Assembly (NCBI GenBank): GCA_903839695.1
Contig: CAIMDI010000017.1
Span: 1 to 51,887 of the forward strand
Direction of reading: 5' to 3'
DNA length: 51,887 nt
Origin: Candidatus Tayloriibacteriota bacterium
Lineage (GTDB): Bacteria; Patescibacteriota; Minisyncoccia; Phycocordibacterales; PALSA-1337
Shown here: positions 46,204 to 51,887 of the stretch, piece by piece
Layout of the letters: each line of letters starts with the position of its first letter
How positions within the stretch are numbered: the first letter of the stretch is position 1
Notes under the pieces: model-generated
Database searches by the model: none
What the model was told of the DNA's origin: nothing
Seen by the model: only the letters and a program-made list of their open reading frames with translations
Translations under genes and position numbers: made by a program

Positions 46204-47781
46204 TTATTTGCTTCTTGCCAGAGGTAAAGAAAAGTAAAATGTACTACCTTGATCTATTCCATCAGATTCAACCCATATTTTTCCTTTATGATGTTTTATT
46301 ACTTCTTTTGAAATAAACATACCAATTCCCATACCCTCGGTATCTATGGTTCTTGCTTCTGTTGTTCTATAAAACTTTTCAAAAATAAAAGGAATTTCTT
46401 CTTTTGCTATACCAATACCTTTGTCCTGAACAGAGAAGACCGCATCATTTTTTACCTTTTTAATTTTTACCAAAATTATACCTCCGTCATTTGTATAGTG
46501 AATAGCATTTTCAATGAAAGATTGAATAACAAATTTTACCCTTGCTATATCACACATCACAAATAAATTTGGTTCAATATTTTTTACTAAATTTGTTCCT
46601 TTTGTTTGTATTTGTTTTGAAAGAGAATCTATTGCTTTAATTACTTCAGTAGATAAATTAGCTCTAACAGGACTATATCTATAATTAGAAGTCTCAGAGC
46701 TAGAAGTGTTAATTAATAAATCGGTTAATTCTACTAGTTTTTGACTTGAATTTTTTATATATTCTATTTGTTCTAAAGCTTTTGGGGGTAATTCCATAGA
46801 ATTAAGATTTTCTGTAGCCCATTTTATGCCAGTAAGAGGTGTGCGGAATTTGTGTGAAACTGTCGTAATGAATTCATACTTTACTAGATTTTTTCTTCTT
46901 ATAAAATCCCATGCTATTCCGCCAATTATTAATGCAATTATTGCTGAGATGATGGCTGTAATGCCAGAAGGATAACTAGGGAATACGTTCACTACCCAAA
47001 AATCAAAATAATTAAAAGTAATAATAATAACTGCCACAACGACTATACCTGTTGCGTATATTATAGCCTGTTTTGCTATTACTTTTATATTAAATAATTC
47101 ATATTTTATAGCACCATATATGAGCAGAATAGAAAACAAGACAGCAAATGACATTCCCCACAATGGGTCAATATCAATATTATAGATTAAGAAATTTGGT
47201 ATGAAACATAATAGATAAATAATGATAATAGCAAAAGTCACGTATGAGTATTTTTGTTTTTCGGATTCAATACTGGTAATAGATTGTGCTTTTGCTAAAA
47301 CATAAATCATATAGGGAAGAGCAATAATATAAAGAAAAATCAATCTTACCCAATTAAAAGCTCCTGGTACATAGTAATTTGGAAAATACATTTTATGCTC
47401 AGATTGAAGTAAAAAAAGATCGGGGTTTATTGAAAAAATAATAATTAGAGCAATACTAGAGAAATAGAAAAAAGATATAGAAAACAGATTCTTTTTATTC
47501 ATTCCAGTTAGTGTAAGTATTGCATGGACATTTGTAGCAACAACAAGAAACATTACTAGATTTAGCATTAATACAATTCTAGAGGCAGTAGGGTCGATAA
47601 TGTTTACACCAACGACATGAGATATGGCGAGAATTGTAGAAAAAAACATGGTTAAAGAGAGTATGCGACTACCATTTTTCTTTTCTCCTTTTAGAAAAAG
47701 AAATAAAGACATGCTGAGGGCGACAAGGGCAGAGAATATAGAGAGAATATTGTGAAGGATTAAGTTAATCTGATTATCCAT
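46204..47781 (-). CDS. multi-TM sensor histidine kinase
   Basis: About 9 TM helices; H-box SHKFRTPLT; N, D.G.G, F.KFYR and G.G.G boxes. Confidence 0.9.
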   Translation of the reverse strand: MDNQINLILHNILSIFSALVALSMSLFLFLKGEKKNGSRILSLTMFFSTILAISHVVGVNIIDPTASRIVLMLNLVMFLVVATNVHAILTLTGMNKKNLFSISFFYFSSIALIIIFSINPDLFLLQSEHKMYFPNYYVPGAFNWVRLIFLYIIALPYMIYVLAKAQSITSIESEKQKYSYVTFAIIIIYLLCFIPNFLIYNIDIDPLWGMSFAVLFSILLIYGAIKYELFNIKVIAKQAIIYATGIVVVAVIIITFNYFDFWVVNVFPSYPSGITAIISAIIALIIGGIAWDFIRRKNLVKYEFITTVSHKFRTPLTGIKWATENLNSMELPPKALEQIEYIKNSSQKLVELTDLLINTSSSETSNYRYSPVRANLSTEVIKAIDSLSKQIQTKGTNLVKNIEPNLFVMCDIARVKFVIQSFIENAIHYTNDGGIILVKIKKVKNDAVFSVQDKGIGIAKEEIPFIFEKFYRTTEARTIDTEGMGIGMFISKEVIKHHKGKIWVESDGIDQGSTFYFSLPLARSK

Positions 47782-47842
47782 AGCATTATTTTAACACATA
47801 ATAATGTGGGTGAGTATTTTTTTATACCTTTTTTCTACGTTG

Positions 47843-47915
47843 TGCGCCCAGTTGGAATCGAACCAACGACCCACTCCTTAAAAGGGAGTTGCTCTACCGA
47901 CTGAGCTATGGGCGC
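47843..47915 (-). tRNA. tRNA-Lys (anticodon UUU), CCA not encoded
   Basis: GCGCCCATAGCTCAGTCGGTAGAGCA-ACTCC-CTTTTAA-GGAGT...GGTTCGATTCC...TGGGCGCA. Confidence 0.95.
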
Positions 47916-47964
47916 ATGCAAGTAATAGCACGTAAAATGATATTACCACAAAAAAGATAATTGG

Positions 47965-48333
47965 CTAGAGGGGTAGATCAAAAGCAAATGAACCTGCCCC
48001 CATAAATACTATTGATATTGCCATAGCAAGTAATAGTAAATAATAGTTAATTCCATTTGAAAGGAACTCTTTTTTGGTGATTTTATGTCCAAGTTTGATA
48101 ATCAAAATTACGACATTTATTGCTGCGGCCACTTGGCTGAATAAACCTATTACTAGGAATAGGGCCACTACGATTTCTACCGCCCCGTAAAGTCTGCTAT
48201 TGCTTCCAGAACTCTGTCCTTTGTCTAGTGTTTTTTGATATCCGAAGTATGCAAGAGTAATACCCAAAGTAACACGTATAATAAAAGGTCCGAAACCTTC
48301 AAACATTAATAAAGTTGGAAAAATTGATAACAT
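47965..48333 (-). CDS. DoxX-family membrane protein
   Basis: R..LG...G..K, E......L.IGLF, G.G.F..D pattern; 4 TM helices. Confidence 0.75.
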   Translation of the reverse strand: MLSIFPTLLMFEGFGPFIIRVTLGITLAYFGYQKTLDKGQSSGSNSRLYGAVEIVVALFLVIGLFSQVAAAINVVILIIKLGHKITKKEFLSNGINYYLLLLAMAISIVFMGAGSFAFDLPL

Positions 48334-48368
48334 GTTGATATTTGATTAATTTAATATAGAGTAATGAT

Positions 48369-48872
48369 ATGATAACACAAAAAGCAGGGCACGAAAACAA
48401 TCAAACCTATTTGCTATTACACAATATACGCAGTGTTTATAATGTGGGGGCTATTTTTAGAACAGCAGATGCTGTGGGTGTATCTAAGATTTATGTTTCT
48501 GGCTATACTCCCGCACCAATAGATCGCTTTGGTAGGGAACGTAAGGATTTGGCAAAGGTTGCATTGGGAGCTGAAAAAACAATAGCATGGGAGTTTGTTG
48601 AAAATCCTATTATCTTGATTAAAAAATTAAAGAAAGAAAAAGTCGTAATCCTAGGTTTAGAACAAACAAAAAACTCTGTTGATTATAGAAAAATAAAAAA
48701 AGTCCCAAAAAGATTAGTTATTCTTGGTGAGGAAGTTTACGGAATAGAAGAAAAAATAATAAAATTATGTGATCAGATCGCAGAAATACCGATGCTGGGT
48801 AATAAAGAATCTCTAAATGTTTCAGTGGCTACAGGAATTTTATTATATAGTATTATCGATACAAAAAAATAA
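48369..48872 (+). CDS. TrmH/SpoU family RNA methyltransferase
   Basis: NVGAIFRTADA, LGEE..GI, IPM.G.KESLNVSVA. Confidence 0.92.
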   Translation: MITQKAGHENNQTYLLLHNIRSVYNVGAIFRTADAVGVSKIYVSGYTPAPIDRFGRERKDLAKVALGAEKTIAWEFVENPIILIKKLKKEKVVILGLEQTKNSVDYRKIKKVPKRLVILGEEVYGIEEKIIKLCDQIAEIPMLGNKESLNVSVATGILLYSIIDTKK

Positions 48873-48880
48873 AAATAGTA

Positions 48881-49750
48881 TTATATTTTTGCTTGATGAA
48901 CATTGCAATAATGAGTACCTCTTCCTCCTACGACGATTCTAATTATTTTTCCTTTGCAATTTCTTTTTAAACAATTTGTACCAGTTTTTCTGTATGCCAT
49001 GTGCTGTTCTTGAAAATTTCCTCTTTCACCATCAATATTTCTATAATCTGACATGGAGTCGCCACCCAAGTTAATTCCTTTTTTTAATGTTGATTTTATG
49101 GCTAAAAATAACCTCTTCTTATCCTTTTCAGATATATTTTTAACAATTTTTTCTGGATTAATTTCTGCTCGCCATAAACTTTCATCAGCATAAATATTTC
49201 CAATTCCTGCTATTACACTTTGATCCATTAAGACTAATTTTATTTTTTTATTTAACTCTTTTTGTATTTGTCTGTTGAAAACAGGGAAAGTAAAATCATC
49301 ATTAAGAGGCTCCGGACCAATTGGTTTTAAATGTTTAGTATCAAACATTGTTTTGGTTTCCAAAAGTGTTACTTTTGCAAACTTTCTCGAATCACATAAG
49401 TCCATTGTTTTGCCGTTTGATAAATAAAAGATTAGGCGAATGTGGCGATTGAAAGGATCTTTTTTGTTATAGTCTCCATACATAACATGACCTGTCATTT
49501 TCATATGTATAAGAATTGTATAACCATTTGATAAATTTATAAGAATATTTTTCGCACGACGTGTCACATTTGATATTTTTGCATTAATTATTTTTTTCTT
49601 GAAATATGCAAAATACTTAGGATCCTTAATGGTTTCTGATCCATAAAAATATGGGCTATTGTATTCTGTCCAAACATCAGTAATAGTTAGGTTTCTTATG
49701 CTATTATTAAGACCTGAGACTGTTGTTTGTACTTCTGGTAATTCTGGCAT
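48881..49750 (-). CDS. mutM: formamidopyrimidine-DNA glycosylase
   Basis: MPELPEV, RRAK, HMKMTG, GIGNIYADE, GRGT.YC. Confidence 0.95.
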   Translation of the reverse strand: MPELPEVQTTVSGLNNSIRNLTITDVWTEYNSPYFYGSETIKDPKYFAYFKKKIINAKISNVTRRAKNILINLSNGYTILIHMKMTGHVMYGDYNKKDPFNRHIRLIFYLSNGKTMDLCDSRKFAKVTLLETKTMFDTKHLKPIGPEPLNDDFTFPVFNRQIQKELNKKIKLVLMDQSVIAGIGNIYADESLWRAEINPEKIVKNISEKDKKRLFLAIKSTLKKGINLGGDSMSDYRNIDGERGNFQEQHMAYRKTGTNCLKRNCKGKIIRIVVGGRGTHYCNVHQAKI

Positions 49751-49786
49751 ACAATTCTTATATCATATTTTTATTAAATTTGCATA

Positions 49787-51055
49787 ATGAAAAATAATAA
49801 ATACATTTTAATTTCCTTTATTTCTTTGATGGTTTTTGGTGTACCATGGCTAGTAAATAATTATCCAAAAAGTGCAAATTTCATCGATGGGCTATTTACT
49901 TATGTTAATGAAAGTTACGCACTTGTGTTCATGAGAAATTCTATAACAGTGAATCAATTACAAGATAAATATGATTCGGTTAAAAATGCAAAACAAAAAA
50001 TTCGCATACTCATAGCTCCTGGTCATGAGCCGGGTTATGGTGGGGCAGAATATTCAAATTTAAAGGAGCGCGAATTAAACGTTGAAGTTTCTAAATATTT
50101 GAAGGATTTTTTTACTAGAGATAATCATTATGAGGTGATTATAACTAGAAATAATAATTCCTGGGATTCTGAAATTCAGAAATATTTTACAGATAATTGG
50201 AATGAAATTATTTCTTTCACAAAGAAAAATAAAGAAGATATGATTCATTTAGTAAATACTGGTTCGATTGTTAAGGTTGTTGATGGAGTAAAGCATAATG
50301 CAGCGGCAGCTAATGTTGCTTTAAGGCTTTTTGGTATAAACAAATGGGTAAACGAGAATAAAATAGATATAGCAATTCACATTCACTTCAATGATTATCC
50401 AAGAAGAAATTCATCAATACAGGGTGATTATTCTGGTTTTTCTATTTATGTTCCTGAAAAACAATATTCAAATAGCACAACAACAAAGATTATCGCTGAT
50501 GCTGTAATGAAAAGACTTTCTAAATATAATGCTATAAGTAATATGCCTAAAGAAAATTCGGGAGTTACAGAAGATCAGGACCTTATTGCTATCGGTACTT
50601 TCAACACTCTTGATGCTCCTAGTATGTTAATAGAATACGGATATATTTATGAAACTCAATTTGCTGATGTAAAATCAAGAGAAATGATTTTGAAAGATTT
50701 GGCATTTCAAACATATTTGGGTGTGCAAGATTTTTTTGATGCACCAGATAATCCAGCTATTGCATATGATACGGTGATGTTACCTCATTTATGGAAGGAT
50801 AGTTTTGATATTAAAAATTTTGATAGGGGTGATGTATTGTCATTGCAAACTGCGCTTACTGTAGAGGGTTTTTATCCCGGAGAAGGAAAGACAAAAAATG
50901 ATTGTCCGATAACTGGAAAATTTGGTCCATGCACTATTCAGGCTTTAAGTAATTTTCAAAAAAAGTATGGTATCAATGACGAAAAGGGAATGGTTGGTAA
51001 TAAAACTATAAATATTCTTAATACAACATATTCACCTAGTTTAAGGCAAATTTGA
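49787..51055 (+). CDS. N-acetylmuramoyl-L-alanine amidase (Amidase_3) with C-terminal peptidoglycan-binding domain
   Basis: APGH, KERELN, IHFN, LIEYGY; V..LQ..L...G.FG..T..AL..FQ. Confidence 0.85.
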   Translation: MKNNKYILISFISLMVFGVPWLVNNYPKSANFIDGLFTYVNESYALVFMRNSITVNQLQDKYDSVKNAKQKIRILIAPGHEPGYGGAEYSNLKERELNVEVSKYLKDFFTRDNHYEVIITRNNNSWDSEIQKYFTDNWNEIISFTKKNKEDMIHLVNTGSIVKVVDGVKHNAAAANVALRLFGINKWVNENKIDIAIHIHFNDYPRRNSSIQGDYSGFSIYVPEKQYSNSTTTKIIADAVMKRLSKYNAISNMPKENSGVTEDQDLIAIGTFNTLDAPSMLIEYGYIYETQFADVKSREMILKDLAFQTYLGVQDFFDAPDNPAIAYDTVMLPHLWKDSFDIKNFDRGDVLSLQTALTVEGFYPGEGKTKNDCPITGKFGPCTIQALSNFQKKYGINDEKGMVGNKTINILNTTYSPSLRQI

Positions 51056-51887
51056 TTTAATAATTACTTTTTTTAATTCCTCTCTAGCAACAGTAGCATC
51101 ATCCCATGGAATTTTTTCTCCATTTGCTATCATTATGTATGGATCGGTTCCTTTTCCAGTTATCAACAGGGTATCCCCAGTTTTTGCACATTTTATAGCC
51201 TCTGCTATAGCAAGCCTTCTGTCCATTATTATTTTAGGCTCTTGATCAACAATACCTTCTGCCACATTCGCAACTATTTTATCAGGATTTTCATCATAAG
51301 GGTCTTCATTTGTAAGAATAATTTCATCACAATACGCATCCGCGATACGGCCCATTTCCTTTCTTTTCCAATTATCTCTTCCTCCACCAGTTCCTCCAAG
51401 CACACATATATTCCTAGAGTTTTCAAATACCTGATATAGTTTTTCCAAAGAATCTGGAGTATGTGCGTAATCTACAATTACTGTAAAATCTTGACCTTCC
51501 AGTATCTTTTCAACTCTTCCTCTCACCCCGTTAAATTTCTCAACAGCACGTATAATGATTTCATCTGAAACTCCAAAATCTTTTGCGCATGTTATTCCGG
51601 AAAGGAGGTTGTATAGATTAAATAATCCAGAAAGTTTTGAATGCACGGTTTTTCCAGAAAAAGTAAAATCTATTCCATCACTTTTTATATTGAAAGGACT
51701 CAAGTCTTTTACACCGTAAGAAACTTTTTTATCAGAAGCGCATGCCAGGAAACGTGCTGATTCTTTGTCGTCCATATTAGCAATTATTGTCTTGTTCTTT
51801 TTGTTTGACTTGATCATTTCACAAGCAATTTTTACTTTTGCATTAATATAATTTTCATATGATCCATGCGAATCAAGATGTTCAGGA
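51041..51887 (-). CDS. murE: UDP-MurNAc-tripeptide ligase (partial, 5' end outside the window)
   Basis: EHLDSHG..ENY..AK, G.FN..N, GR.E, VDYAHTPDSL, GG.RD..KR..MG, GKG. Confidence 0.9.
   Translation of the reverse strand, partial: PEHLDSHGSYENYINAKVKIACEMIKSNKKNKTIIANMDDKESARFLACASDKKVSYGVKDLSPFNIKSDGIDFTFSGKTVHSKLSGLFNLYNLLSGITCAKDFGVSDEIIIRAVEKFNGVRGRVEKILEGQDFTVIVDYAHTPDSLEKLYQVFENSRNICVLGGTGGGRDNWKRKEMGRIADAYCDEIILTNEDPYDENPDKIVANVAEGIVDQEPKIIMDRRLAIAEAIKCAKTGDTLLITGKGTDPYIMIANGEKIPWDDATVAREELKKVIIKSNLP

Noticed and set aside
815-51439. The many short antisense or overlapping ORFs in the six-frame track (e.g. 1142-1564, 7385-7816, 19906-20286, 36477-36746, 43795-44298)
   Set aside because: They are shadows of well-supported genes on the opposite strand or frame, with Ser/Phe/Ile-rich composition and no motifs.
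1-51887. Alternative genetic code (UGA readthrough as in Gracilibacteria/Absconditabacteria)
   Set aside because: All conserved genes translate full-length under code 11, and TGA terminates rsmA and the 16387 gene.

Overview
AT-rich bacterial chromosome segment spanning the replication origin (yidC-rnpA-rpmH | dnaA-oriC-dnaN). The gene content points to Patescibacteria/CPR, probably Parcubacteria (inference): short YebC, proofreading-less PolA, a PrgI/VirB4/VirB6-like operon next to the origin, and an NYN gene between rpsO and pnp. It holds about 45 CDS (replication, repair, translation, cell wall, pilus and T4SS-like genes) and two tRNAs (Arg-UCG, Lys-UUU). There is no CRISPR array, rRNA or transposase. 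The most interesting signals are non-coding. (1) A ~400-nt structured intergenic element at 2405-2802 whose loop is an array of 14 TAA/TAG triplets on the minus strand (TTA/CTA on the plus strand). It lies beside four parS-like sites hidden in the cca gene and a perfect DnaA box. (2) A second ~170-nt rod-shaped, 6S-like RNA candidate between ruvB and pilB. (3) Pervasive leaderless-gene architecture (TGnTAnnnT-N6/7-ATG). (4) An HTH-PRTase cassette with a 12-bp palindrome over its promoter, possibly autoregulated. All structures were paired by eye and no database searches were run.
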